This document shows positions 12,026 through 24,855 of a stretch of 64,000 bases of DNA, one piece after another; position 1 is the stretch's first letter, and every line of letters begins with the position of its first letter. The DNA comes from Octopus sinensis. Taxonomy: Eukaryota. The DNA lies in contig NC_043006.1 in the NCBI RefSeq assembly GCF_006345805.1, forward strand, positions 66,154,001 to 66,218,000. Direction: 5' to 3'. The position numbers and the translations under genes were made by a program. The notes beneath the pieces were generated by a model, which was given only the letters and a program-made list of their open reading frames with translations, did not search any database and had not been told where the DNA came from.

Positions 12026-13200
12026 TTTTGAAAGCAAAGGGTTGAATGGAACGATCCAGGCATTATCAACATCGAATGTTTTTAGCCGTTGTCTAATTGT
12101 AGCTGTGCGGCCACCCAAACCTGGGTCACGCCTTCGGTAGATGGGATATCCGTCATTCATAGTGCAGGTTTGACCGCAAAAGTCTCTAGGGTACCGCTTC
12201 GAACATCTTTTATTCTTCATGCATGGACTTCTCGGATTAAAGTCACCACATGGACCGTGAATCATATGCTTTGTCACACTGCTGTGCAGCTGACGATCAG
12301 CATTTTGATCGGGCAACTCAGCAGATATAATTTTGTCAATATCCACAGGGTGGATTCTATCGTGACACCAGGCTAGCATATGAACGTGTGGAAGACCTCT
12401 CTTCTGCCATTCCACAGTATACATCCAAGCAGACAGTGGGCCAAAAATATGCAAAACTTTCATTAAAAATAGCATTTTCTTCAATTTGGCATGAAAAACG
12501 CGCGCCACAATGTCATGTCCGTGCTCTGGCAGCTGCCCAGCGAACACATTGTCTTTAATCTCTGGCCAGGTAGGATTGCAGGTAAATGTAATGAAGAGGT
12601 CCGGCTTTCCAAACTTACCGAGGTATGTCATTGCGTCCTGCATTCGTTTATTCATATACCGAGGTGAGCCAATAAATGTTGAAGGAAGAATAATACGTTT
12701 TCCTACGTTGTCTGCATCACCGTCTTGACGAATTGCATCCTCTAGATTAACGTATTCTGTTGCTCTTAATTGGTCCTGGTGAGAACGAATGTATTTTAAA
12801 CGTTCGGACTCAACTTTACAATACATGTCGACCAAAAACTGATTGGTCAAAGAATGGCACCTTAGTACTAAATTGAAATCGTTTTCTCGCACCATGAGTC
12901 GATAGGCGTAAAATGCCTTGCAGGAAACCTTCTTGTCAAGAAGTGTGAGAATTGTGGGATCAACCTTTTGAATTTCTAAGTGGTATCCATCCTCTCCATG
13001 AGGAAAAAGGAGAGGGTAATGCAAGCAATCGTAACATCGGTGTAATTCTGAAACAAAAGTCACGTCTTCGTCGCGGTGACGGAGGATTATGTCACGATTT
13101 CCATGGACCTCATCGACCATGAGTGCTGCAACTTCATTCGTAGTTAGAGCGTTGAAACGACCAGGGTGCTCACCGGCAGGAGTTTTGTCGGAACGTAAAC
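11984..13200 (-). pseudogene. Helitron Rep (HUH endonuclease) region, N-terminally truncated
   Basis: RFNALTTNEVAA, YPLLFPHGEDGY, ILPSTFIGSPRYM, motif 1 PDLFITFTCNP, HUH motif VEWQKRGLPHVH, MIHGPCG; frameshift near 12026-12029. Confidence 0.93.
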
Positions 13201-13394
13201 ATGATTTGTTTTAAGAGAAAGATTGTCATGATTGTGTGTTGGTGGTGGTGGTGGTGGCGATGATAATTATCATTAGGAAAAAGAGTGAGTGAGGAAGACA
13301 TACATAAGTTGTGGCGATGATAATTGTAGACCCCTTTTCACATTTTGATGAAGAGAACCCGATTTCATTCGTGTGTACTGGGGCCCACATATAG

Positions 13395-13431
<37 letters not shown>

Positions 13432-13529
13432 CACGGTGTAAAAAATAAATTGGAGATGAAACCACTAAAAGGGAAATGAAACAGTAAAATAAACGCAAAC
13501 ATAAAAATAAAAATATAATATTAGATATA

Positions 13530-13575
<46 letters not shown>

Positions 13576-14008
13576 GACAGGTAGACAATAGAATGCGATG
13601 GCGATGGGGATGGCGATGTAATATTTGTTACTGTCCATGAACGCTGATAGATACATGAGTAAAATGTATAGGAAGGTAAGAGTTAAGAGTGAGTGAAAAT
13701 GTTCTTGGAAGAGAGTAAATAGCGAGAGTGATTTGAGGAAGACTTTACATTAAATAACGGTAGTTGCATTGTCAAATGTAGAGGAGTGACAGAGTACTGG
13801 AGGAAATAGGGTGAGGTAGGAAGATGGCCCCTAGCAACGACACCTTTTAAGATAGGGATTTCTAAGGTAGCCCACGCGCATCGTCACCTCATTCTACATG
13901 TCCGTGTAAATTTTGGAGCGAATCGGACGGGATGTAGTGGCATTGAAAGCGAACCAAGCGGTAAAAACGCATTTCAGTTTTATATATAGAGAAGAAGAGA
14001 TATATGTG

Positions 14009-14742
14009 CGAGGGTAATTCCAAAAGTAAGGTCTCCAAAACTATTTAGAAATCTCAGAAACGTTCATTGTCAATGATGTTTACATAATTTTAAAGTTTGA
14101 ACATTTATCTATTTTTCTACATAGTCACCATTTTGCTCGATGCATTTTAGTAGGAGCTGTGGCAGATTTTGTATGCCCGTGTCATACCAGCTCACCGCCA
14201 TGTCGTTGAAGAAGCGTTGAACCTCATCTTTCACCTCGCCGTCGTTGTTGAAGCGCGTTCCGGCCAAATATTTTTTCATCTTAGGGAACAGGTGGTAGTC
14301 ACTGGGTGCCAAGTCTGGCCTATAAGGTGGGTGGGTGATGATGTCCCTTTTATGGTCTTTGTTGCCATTTATGGTCTTCAGAGAGCATTCGGGGCAACCA
14401 TATTGCACAAACCTTCCGACGTGGCTACTTTTCACGCAAAACCCTATGAAGGGTGCTTCGGGAAACCCCAGGAATCAAAATGCGTTGATTGCAGATGAAT
14501 TTCATTTGGTTTAATGCCTTTTGCGTTCAAAAACTGAATAACTGCGCGAACTTCACACTTAGCGGTAATGTCAGTCGGGAGCTCCATCAGATACGACTGC
14601 CAAGCCAAGACTGAACATGATATCAAGGCGCTTGCAGGAGCAGGCGCATGCACCATAAACACAACAGTGTTGCCAATAGCCGCACGCACAGTTTCCCTAC
14701 GTCTCCAGCGCTTTGGAGACCTTACTTTTGAGATTACCCTGA
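14009..14742 (-). mobile_element. Internally deleted mariner element (DD34D-type C-terminus)
   Basis: About 29-bp TIRs AGGGTAAT(TC/CT)CAAAAGTAAGGTCTCCAA; N-terminal EVRAVIQFLNAKG and C-terminal HPPYRPDLAPSDYHLFPKMKKYLAGTRF...CIEQNGDYVEK. Confidence 0.92.
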
Positions 14743-14759
14743 TATATATGTGTGTGTTG

Positions 14760-15135
14760 GGGGTTATCTCCCCTCACTCTGGGACAACCAGTCTTGGTTT
14801 GTTTATGTCTCCGTAATTTAGCGTTTCGACAAAAACAAATCGATAGAATGAGTACGAGCTGGCACAATCGTTATCACGCAGGGCGAAATGCTTAGTGGTA
14901 TTTCGTCTGTCTTTACGTTCTGAGTTCAAATTTCGCCGAGGTCGACTTTGCCTTTCATTCCTTCGGGGGGAGGGGGGGGCGATAAATTAAGTACCAGTTG
15001 CGTACTGGGGTCGATCTAATCGACTGGCCCCTCCCCCCAAATTTCGGGCCTTGTGCCTAGAGTAGAAAATGATAAGTACCAAGCTTACAAAAAAATGTAC
15101 TGGGGCTGCTATTCAATGACTGAAAGAAGTAAAAA
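14760..15135 (+). mobile_element. 3' half of CORE SINE A with a nested Nin-SINE (14855-15068)
   Basis: Family A sequence GATAGAATGAGTAC is interrupted by a Nin-SINE and resumes as GATAAGTACCAAGCTTAC. Confidence 0.75.
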
Positions 15136-17069
15136 AAAAAAAAGAAGAAGAAACGCAAAAGATGTTACTATATTTCCAGTTTCACTCTCAAGAATTAATT
15201 CAACGGAGTATCAATAGCACACACAGCACTTTCTTGTGGAGTGTTTTTTAATTAATTCCATAAATGTAAAAAAAAAAAAAATCAAATGGCAGCTGAAACG
15301 TAATTGAGTTCGTAAAAATGGCGTTCCTGCCTTAATTTCCGTTGTTATAATATAATGGACCATATGCAAAATAAGTTTAATCGAAGTACTTGATAACACT
15401 ACTAATATTATATCAACATACTTAACGTGTAATTAGATTTATCACGGTTTTTTATATTTGAAAATTTTAATTGAACTTTTTACAGCTCACAATTTAAATC
15501 AGACTGATCTCAGTTCATAGAAAATTTATGTAACGGTTCTAGGGATCATTAGTTTTTTTTAGGTGAGCATTATTAATTCAAAACTAAACTGACTGTAAAT
15601 TATTTATTATTAGTTTACAAAGGCTGCTTTCAATAATTACGTATACAAATTGGAAAAAAGCGAAGTTTAGGTACTGAGCTGGAAAATCGCTGCTTAAAAT
15701 CTCGTAAATTAGCGGAAAGCTCAGAAAATTCACAGGTAAATCAAATCTTCGTAATGGCTGTAAAACCGAGTGAAGAATAAAATGATAAGAAGCTTCCTTG
15801 TCATTAGAAGATATAGTTAATAATAACAGCGAATGTTTTCATGATGCAATCTTGAAAAGGGTAGGCTTTCTTTTTAAAAAACATTTTTACTGATCGCAAA
15901 AATGTATTTCACGTTAAATTTTCGTAAAAAGAAACAAAACAAGTAGTTAAATATCATACCTGTTTAAATTAGTTTCAGCGTCGATAATGGAATACCTAAG
16001 TTAGAAAATAAAATCAAAATTTGGGGATAGAGCTAGAAAATATCACCTGTAAAAATCTCGTTAATTCTCACAAAGTCACGCCGCTAAACGAAACCGCCAT
16101 GATAGTTATAAACGGAGTAGAAACGAAACAGTCTTCATCATTTGAATTTTCTTTTAAAATCCTCTACATGTGCTTTTAGAATTTAATCTTAAACCGGAAG
16201 CGCTCTTTTTAAAATTTACACACGCAAAAAGAACTTAAATAAGATTAAATCATAAATTTCTGTACAAAAATCAGTTAAAACATACCTATTAGAATGGGCC
16301 TAAAAAGAAATAAAAGAATTGGAGGAGGCAAGCATTATTTTTTTGAGCTGATCTTTATCAAAAAACCGTCATTGAATTACTGTTTTCCATGGAAAATAAT
16401 TAACTGCAATTTTTATATCTGTCAGATAGGAAAAAACAACAACGATAGTAATAATGTAATAATAATAATAATAATATGATTCCAGACACATTTTTAATTC
16501 CATGCAGGCAATGTGTGATGATATCACAACACGCTCTATCCTGATATAGTTTTTTTGCTAATTAAACTTAATTATAATGAATGGATGGACTTATACAATT
16601 AGAGCCTTATTTTCGTTGTTAACAGGAACAATGGCATGTAGACACAACGAATTACCAATTCCGATAATTAAATTGTTGCTATTAAAGCAATGTAATTATT
16701 ATTTTTTTTTTTGTGTAGAATATTAAATATTCTCCACTTTCAAAATTAATAAATCAATTTTTTCCCACAACGTGTGAAGTCGGGACGTAACTGGCCACCT
16801 GTGGGGGGTCGGGATTTTACGCGGTTTGTCAGGACATTCCAGCTCAAATATCGAGTTGATAACCCTGAAAACTCTCCCTGTATCTATCTATCTATCTATC
16901 TGTCCGTAGAGATATTCAGAGACAATTGGTAACCACGAACACCACATATCCTATATATATATATCTCAAGTGGTAGCTGGTAAGCCCGAGTACAATACAG
17001 TCAATATATATACATGTATATAGGAGTGGTTGATAACCCCGAACTCAACATTACCTTTCTCTCTCACTA

Positions 17070-17105
<36 letters not shown>

Positions 17106-17339
17106 AGCCTGCACCGTATATTGATTATATATATAGTTACATTTTAGGGCATATAAACCCTTGAAAGAAATTGTATTTAGTATGCATGGAATCAAGGCCA
17201 AACCCCTTACCTCCGCGTCAAAGAACGTGCTATACACAACGATCTTGTCTTGCATTATTTCGCGGTCGATAAATAATAAAGTACCAGTCATGTAACAGGG
17301 TCGATTTTTCTCTCTTACTTTCCTTCTGGAAGAAATCAA

Positions 17340-18400
17340 CTGTGTTCAGACTAAGTGGAATGGAGTAACGTGAAATAAAATATCTTGCTCAAGGACACAA
17401 TGCGTCGCCGGGAATTGAACTCACAACCTTACGATCGTGAACGGAATGCCCTAACCACTAAGCCACGCGCCTTCATAGCAGTATGTAGATAAATATAAAT
17501 ATAAGCGCAGGCATGGCTGTGTGGTCAAGAAACACGTATTGCAATCACGTGATTTCGTGTTCAGTTCCACTGCATGGCACCTTGGTTAAGCGTCTTCTAC
17601 TATAGCTGCGCGTCGACCAATATGAGTGAATGTGGTAAACAGAAACTGTGCGGAAGCCTGCCTGTTTGAGCTCCTATAGCTGTCAATACTAAGTTGAATA
17701 ATAACAATGTGAAGATAGTGCTTTCTAACATTTAAAAAATGTCCAGACTGTTTCACGAAAACAAGAGACCATACCCATTTGCTTTTTATCTTTCATTGGA
17801 CTGCGGCCATGCTGGAGTTTCACGTTCAAAGGTTTAATCGAACAAATCGATCCCAGTACTTATTTTAAAGCCTGGTACATACCATATCGGTCATTTTTAC
17901 CGAACAACTAAGTTACGAGGACGTGAACACACCATCACCGGTTATCAAGCGGTGGTGTGGGACAGACAGACACACATATATATGCACGACAGAGTTTATC
18001 CGTCTAGTAAATCCATTCATAAGATTTAGTCGGCCCTTGGCCATAGCAGAAGACTCTTGTCCAGGCACCACTCAATGGGACTGAAGCCATAGCCATATGT
18101 TTGGGAAGCGAGCTTCTTACAACTCAGCTACGAGGGGCTTATTTCAGTTTTCATTCCTGAAATACACTCACACGGGCTTTGAGAGGCCTGCAGTTATAGT
18201 TGAAAACACTTACCCAAGGTGCCAAGCAGTGGGGCTGAATCCGAACCATGTGATTGGGAAGTGAGACGGGGCTTCTTCCAGTTTTCATTCCTGAAATCCA
18301 CTCACACTGGCTTTGAGCGGCCTGCGTTTATAGTTGAAGACACCCGAAGTGCCAAGCAGTGGGACTGAACCCGGAACCATGTGATTCGCACAGTCATGCC
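17340..18400. mobile_element. Cluster of degenerate SINEs: family B minus (17340-17475), family A plus (17505-17660), family A minus with duplicated head segments (17785-18400)
   Basis: Recurring CTTGCTCAAGGACACAA, GCATGGCTGTGTGG, GACTGCGGCCATGCTGG and GGGACTGAACCCGGAACCATGTG. Confidence 0.75.
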
Positions 18401-18827
18401 AATAAGGTCTTAACCAGCTCTCAATCTCAGTACTTTACTTCTAGCAAACACAGTTCTGGTTAAGTAAAAAACAAAACAAAAAAGCAAAAACATACGCCAC
18501 ACCGCTTTAATGGTTCTAGATCTTTCCACCGCCCACGCTGAACAGTGAACTTTAGAAGTGATTTAATGTCTTGCCAAATGGCAGATTGTTGACGGATTCT
18601 TTCTCTCTCATTCTGTTCCTCCTTCCCTACGCTGGCGATAACTGGAAAAGCATGAGTTATTGACATAGAGCACGTCTCTTGTGGGCTGGATACGAACTGA
18701 CAAAGCTTTAACCGAAAGGCCAACACAATCGGTCATTAGGCCATTTGTACAAATCCTACCAGATCATTGATTCATATACGTATGTATGCATACATATGGA
18801 AGCTTATAATTTTTGTATGTATACAAA

Positions 18828-18882
<55 letters not shown>

Positions 18883-18976
18883 ATTGTATGCATACTTTAG
18901 TACACACACACACACGCACAAATATGCATACATATGCATGAGTGTGTGTATGTATATATATATGCATATATATTCA

Positions 18977-19012
<36 letters not shown>

Positions 19013-19078
19013 TACTTGTGTGTGTATATATCTATATATGTATATGTACGTGTATATATCTAAATCTATATATCTATC

Positions 19079-19109
<31 letters not shown>

Positions 19110-19158
19110 ATGTGTGTATATATATGTATATATACGTATGCATGCATACATAAGTACG

Positions 19159-19217
<59 letters not shown>

Positions 19218-19665
19218 ATATATATATACATGAATATTATATACATACAAATGGCTATTGCAAAGAGCGAGCAAGCAATTATAAGTATAGCGTTCATTAC
19301 GACAGTCTCGCGAGACTGACCGACGCCATTTTGTTTTGTCCAGTAATTTGCTAAAACATTCAGGCCACAAATGTACGTGGGCTGCATTAGTACATTAGAT
19401 TCGGTTACATCTCTAACATTTCTTCATTAAGCGTCGTCGTTTAGGGACCTTGCACACACACAGACACTCATACATATGTCAACAGAAATAGAAAGACAAA
19501 CACAACTATATAACATCGTGTACACAAACACAGTAACATACATAGACGCAAACATCTATCTATCTATATCTATCTATCTATATCTATCTATCTATATCTA
19601 TCTATCTTTATCTATATCTATCTATCTATCTATCTAACTATCTATCTGTCTGTCTGTGTGCCTGC

Positions 19666-19708
<43 letters not shown>

Positions 19709-20224
19709 CGTGTATGTATGTGTAGATATATATAAGCATATGCTTATATATATACATATATGTATACTTATGCATGTATATATATATATGTGTATATATG
19801 TGTGTTTGTGTATATGTATATATATATATATATATCTGTGTGTGTGTGTTTGTGTGTGTACGTGTCTACTTCATATATATATTTATGCATTTATTCATTT
19901 AGCCATTCATGAGTAAAACGCAGTACAAAATGGTGGTTTGGCTGCACAATACACTTCGTTTATGTTTTAAAATGCAGGCTGTGTCTGCTGTTCGGCGTAG
20001 GAGGGTGCCGTGTGCATAGAATCTCTCTACAGGAACGAAAATACAATGTCGTTGATATTCATTTTAAACTGCTGAGGAGAAACCAGAACAGAAGGGGAAG
20101 TTCTAGTATTATGTATAGTTCTCTGGGAATAGACATTTGATGTGAAGCGGTTTGGGTTGTATCCTCAGAGAACCATATTTTACCCTCTAATCTGTGTGTG
20201 CGTATGTGAGTGCATAGATATCGC

Positions 20225-20600
20225 TTGGAACTCCGTTGGTTACGACGACGAGGGTTCCAGTTGATCCGATCAACGGAACAGCCTTCTCGTGAAATTAACG
20301 TTTAAGTGATTGAGCACTCCACAGACACGTGTACCCTTAACGTAGATTTTGGGGAGATTCAGCGTGACACAGAGTGTGACAAGGCTGGCCCCTTTGAAAT
20401 ACAGGTACAACAGAAACAGTAAGAGCGAGAGAAAGTTGTGGTGAAAGAGTACAGCAGGGTTCACCTCAACCTCCTGCTGGAGCCTCATGGAGCTTTAGGT
20501 GTTTTCGCTCAATAGACACTCACAACGCTCGGTCTGAGAATCGAAACTGCGATCCTACGACCGCGAGTCCGCTGCCTTAACCACTGGGCCATTGCACTTC
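20225..20600 (-). mobile_element. Full-length SINE family B
   Basis: Reverse complement of the copy at 62980-63363 (GCAATGGCCCAGTGGTTAAGGCAGCGGACTCGCGGTCGTAGGATCGC...). Confidence 0.88.
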
Positions 20601-21184
20601 CACTGTGTGAATGTGAATGCGCGCGTGTGTGTGTGTATGTATGTATATATATATATGATGTGTCTATGTGCGTATACACGGACATCTCAAAAGTAGACAC
20701 CTCTCATTATGCGGTTTTACCTGTAGGGACACTACTCACCAGTACGATACCCAAAATAGCTAAATCATTAAAAAACTGCGCAAGGCAGGTCTATTAACCT
20801 GGCACTCCGTCGATTACGACGATGAGCGCTCCAGCTGATCCGATCATCGAAACAGCCTGCTCGTGAAATTAATGTGTAAGTTGCCAGGCATTCCAAAGAC
20901 ACGTGTGCCCTTAACGTAGTTCTCAAGGAGGTTCAATGTGATATATGCGCACGCTTAACAGTAGAGGCTATTCTATTGGGAGCAAGACTCCAGCTTGAAG
21001 ATCCCTTCTTCCTTCCCTCTCACTAATCACAGAGACCTTATAACAGGTAATGGACGCTGCATTTCCTCCTGATTAAAACATAAAGTAAAAGAAGTCGGAA
21101 AGCGCCTGTGGCCATTTTCAGGATTTCTGTAAGTGGTCAGTTCTCAGACCGCTATTTGTAGAACAGACATTTTTGTACATAAAC

Positions 21185-21430
21185 ATTCGTTAACTTACGG
21201 GGACGTAAACAAACCAACACCGGTTGTCATACGGTGGAGAGGACACACACAAACACACACACACACGTACAACGGACATCCGCACAGTTTCTGTCTACTT
21301 ACTAAATTCACTTACAAGGCATTGGTTGGCCCGGGGCTATAGTAGAAGACACTTGTCCAAGGTGTTGCGCAGTGGGATTGAACTCGAAATCATGTGATTC
21401 TTAAGTGATCTTTCCAACCACACAGCTTTG
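21185..21430 (-). mobile_element. CORE SINE family A, partial
   Basis: TTACGGGGACGTAAACAAACCAACACCGGTTGTC...GCTATAGTAGAAGACACTTGTCCAAGG. Confidence 0.75.
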
Positions 21431-21646
21431 CTTACTACAAGAATATTTTACATATTTATACAATTCCATTAATTGCTTGTAACTGGAATTTTCCTATTTC
21501 CACATCCTTTTTGATCTTATGACGTCCAACTTCTCATAGTATATGCCGAGACTGCTAGCTTATATAACTTCTTCCCCGATAATTACAGGTATAAATCTAA
21601 AGTTATTATCTTGGTGAAGTGCTTCACATTTCTCAATAACTCAGCG

Positions 21647-22450
21647 TAGGCGCAGCGTAGTTATGTGTTAAGAAGCTTGCTTCCCAACCACATGGTTCTG
21701 GGTTCAGTCCCACTGCATAGCACCTTTGGTGTCTTCTACTATAGCTTCGGGCCAACCAAAACCTTTTGAGTGGAAACGGTAGGCGGAAACCGAAAGAAGC
21801 CTGTCGTTTATATATATATATATATATATGTATATTGGCAGGGCTGGCCTGCTAGGTATATATATATATATATATTTTAGCGCATATAATTATAAAGATA
21901 CAATTACAGTTAAGGGGTAATATTACTTATAATTGTATCTTTATAATTATATACTTGAAAAAATTAATTTGCCTATACGGTCGTTTTTAAATGCTAGGCC
22001 GCTGATATCATCATTTTATGATTATATCTTTATCTTATATATAAGGTTAAACATTTTCAAAAACATTTTTATCAGTGACCAGCATATTAAAATACCTTTC
22101 AAGGTGAAAATTATAGAAAAATTATAAGGGCAAAAAAAAATTATCTATGCCAATATGCTGAAAAAATATGTCTATTTTTCTGCAAGTTGGCATAGATAAT
22201 TTTTTTCTTTTGCCCTTATACATAGATACATACATATATATATATTATATATATATATGTCAGGTGTAAACAGGGTTAGCGGTTATAATAACTGGCTAAG
22301 GGATAAAATATCCGTATATACTATCGGTATCCGTTACCCGTGTTATCCCCGGGCACTGGTGCGCAGGCACCACACCATGCACATAGAGTGCAGGTAACAA
22401 CAGGATAAACGGGAGTTTATCAGGAACCAACCAATGCATTATTTGCACTG

Positions 22451-22514
<64 letters not shown>

Positions 22515-22720
22515 GGGGGTGTTTGTCCCACTGCCGCTTGAAAATCGGTATTGGTGTGTTAACTGCCACGTAACTTAGTGGTGCGGCAAAAATTATCGGT
22601 AGAATAAGTACTAGGCTTAAAAAGATAAGTGCCGGGGTCAGTTTGCTCGACTAAAAATCCTTCATAGCAGTGCCCCAGTATGGCCGCAGTCTAATGACTG
22701 AAACAAGTAAAAAATAAAAG
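21647..22720 (+). mobile_element. CORE SINE family A split at its internal microsatellite by about 650 bp of inserts
   Basis: 5' half 21647-21808 ends in (TA)n; 3' half resumes about 22505-22720; hairpin elements lie between. Confidence 0.7.
21884..22220. repeat. Two AT-rich inverted repeats (21884-21952, 22123-22220)
   Basis: ATATAATTATAAAGATACAATTA / TAATTGTATCTTTATAATTATAT and TATAAGGGCAAAA..ATTATCTATGCCAA / TTGGCATAGATAAT..TTTTGCCCTTATA. Confidence 0.85.
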
Positions 22721-22919
22721 ATATGTCTTCTATTTTATTAATAAGTCCAGACATGGCTGTGTGGTTAAGAAGCTCGTTTTGTAACCATGGGTTCTTTCCC
22801 ACAATGCGCCTAATTTCCAAGGGCAGCACCTTTTCCAACCCTTATGACGCTGTTTGTTTCATGTATATTTGACCAATGAACAGTGGACTCTTCTTTCGTA
22901 AGCGAGGACTTTCCTGCCG

Positions 22920-23375
22920 AAGAATTTGTTTATATGATTTGTGTATAGTGATCAAGTATTTGTGCTTGTGCTAGACATTAGCTCACTCCCTCCGTCAAAT
23001 CGACATTACTTGTACACCTGGATGATGTGCCACATGTCAAATGCTCAAGTGATCACACACACACACACACATGGTGGACTCTACTGACTCCTCTTGTGTT
23101 GTAAACGGTAGGTGAGCGTTCCGAAATTTCTGGCTAAACAACCTGCGTGGATGATTTGTTTATAGTGATCAAATGTTTGTGCTGTTCATTCACTGCCTCC
23201 ATCAAATGGACATTACCTGTACAGGTGTACGGTGTGCCAAACGTCAAAGTGATTGCAGAGCAGGTAAAAGGATATATTTTGATCAAGAACACAACGCACT
23301 TCCCGGTGTGAGAATCGAAACCACGGTCACACAATCATTAGTGCAACACCCTGCCCACTAAACCAAGCGCTTGCA
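22920..23375 (-). mobile_element. SINE family B head with an alternative tail (one fuller and one partial copy)
   Basis: CAAGAACACAACGCAC..GAATCGAAACC head; tail GATTTGTTTATAGTGATCAA shared with 46225-46510. Confidence 0.65.
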
Positions 23376-23504
23376 CGACCTATGGATGCATTTCCATTGT
23401 TAGTGGTTTGTAGATGCGGGGTTAGGTATTGTGCAACATCGATAGAACAAATCGATATAAAACCTCTGCTTATTTCATTTCCTTGGTTTGTGATCGAAGC
23501 GAAC

Positions 23505-24075
23505 AAAGCAAGTTGAAGGTGTACCAAGCAGTCGTATTGCCTACGCTAATGTACGCCTGCGAGACTTGGACGGTTTGCAAACGCCACTCCAAAAAGCTAA
23601 ACCACTTCCACGTGAACTGCATGAAAAAGCTGTTGAAAATCACTTAGTAAGTCAAAGCCCCGGACACGGAGGTATTCTCTAGATCCAATCAGCCAAGCAT
23701 TTACACACCGCTGAGGAGAGCGCAAGTCAGGTGACCATATTCGAGCGGGCCATCATGTTCAAACGTGACTCCGTAAGAGACTGTTTTACAGCGAGCTGGC
23801 GAAAGACAAGCGCACGCAAGGTGGGCAGAAAAAGCGTTTCAAAGCCGCATTGAGGAGCTTTGAGATCTACCTCGACAACTGGGAAATGCAAGCACAGGAC
23901 CTCCCTGCTTGGCGAAACTGCACCAACAGAGGTGCCATCTCCTATGAACAGTGTCCCAGCTGACCATCAATGCCAGACCTGTAGCAGAACCTTCGAACTA
24001 GCAGTCGGATACACCGTGCCCCCTCGGCTTCTCCCATGTGTTGTCCTTGGTCGCCGTCGACAATGAAGGATGAAC
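23505..24075 (+). mobile_element. RTE (BovB-like) LINE 3' fragment
   Basis: KLKVYQAVVLPTLMYACETWTVCKRHSKKLNHFH; LFYSELAKDKRTQGGQKKRFK; ends in (TAA)n. Confidence 0.88.
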
Positions 24076-24094
24076 TAATAATAATAATAATGAT

Positions 24095-24441
24095 TTCAAA
24101 TTTTTTTCCACAAGGGCAGTTTAGGGGAGGGATTAAGTCGATTGCATCGACCCTAGTGCATAACTGGTACTTATCTAATCGACTCCGAAAGGATGAAAGT
24201 CGACCTCGGCGGAATTTGAACTTAGAACGTAGCGACAGACGAAATACAATAATAATAATAATAATAATAATAATAATCCTTTATGCTATAGGCACAAGGC
24301 CTGAAATTTTGGGGGAGTGTTTAAGTCGATTACACCGACCCCAGTACGCAACTGGTATTTAATTTATCGACCCCGAAAGGATGAAAGGCAAAGTCGACCT
24401 CAGCGGAATTTGAATTCAGAACGTAGTGGCAGACGAAATAC
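24095..24441 (-). mobile_element. Two head-less Nin-SINE units in tandem
   Basis: Both units start (sense) at GTATTTCGTC directly after (TTA)n. Confidence 0.8.
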
Positions 24442-24819
24442 AATAATAACAACAATGTTTTGGATTTTAACTTCAATGGCTCAGACTTCACTGAGTGTCC
24501 AATCGAACAGCAGCACGAATGTTGGTATGATTACTGGTATAACAGACACATCGTGAGCCACAGATTCATTACACTCAGAGACCTCTGAACTCCCTATATT
24601 TACGTCCGGATACAATACTCACGGGGTAACAGCCTCCTTGTTACACTGACCTCCTTAGAACGCATATATTTTTAAGTCCGTGTGGTGTTCTTGGTTGGAG
24701 AGGGGGGAAAAAGCCCGGCCATTAATAGATGTATTGCTACGATGACTTGTGTTTTTTTTCCGTTTTATTTTATAAATATGATAAAACACTTAATTTGGCC
24801 AAACTCCATCTCGTTCTCT

Positions 24820-24855
<36 letters not shown>

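Larger units (their letters stand above)
9723..14000 (-). mobile_element. Helitron rolling-circle transposon with both termini
   Basis: 5' end TCTCTTCTTCTCTATATATAAAA preceded by A (14001); 3' hairpin ACCCGC-GCGTACA-GCGGGT, then 8 nt, then CTAG followed by T (9722), giving the canonical A/T target; encloses RepHel coding sequence. Confidence 0.93.

Noticed and set aside
15170-16300. AT-rich block as a possible old DNA transposon or exon
   Set aside because: No TIRs, TSD or credible peptide motif could be found by eye.
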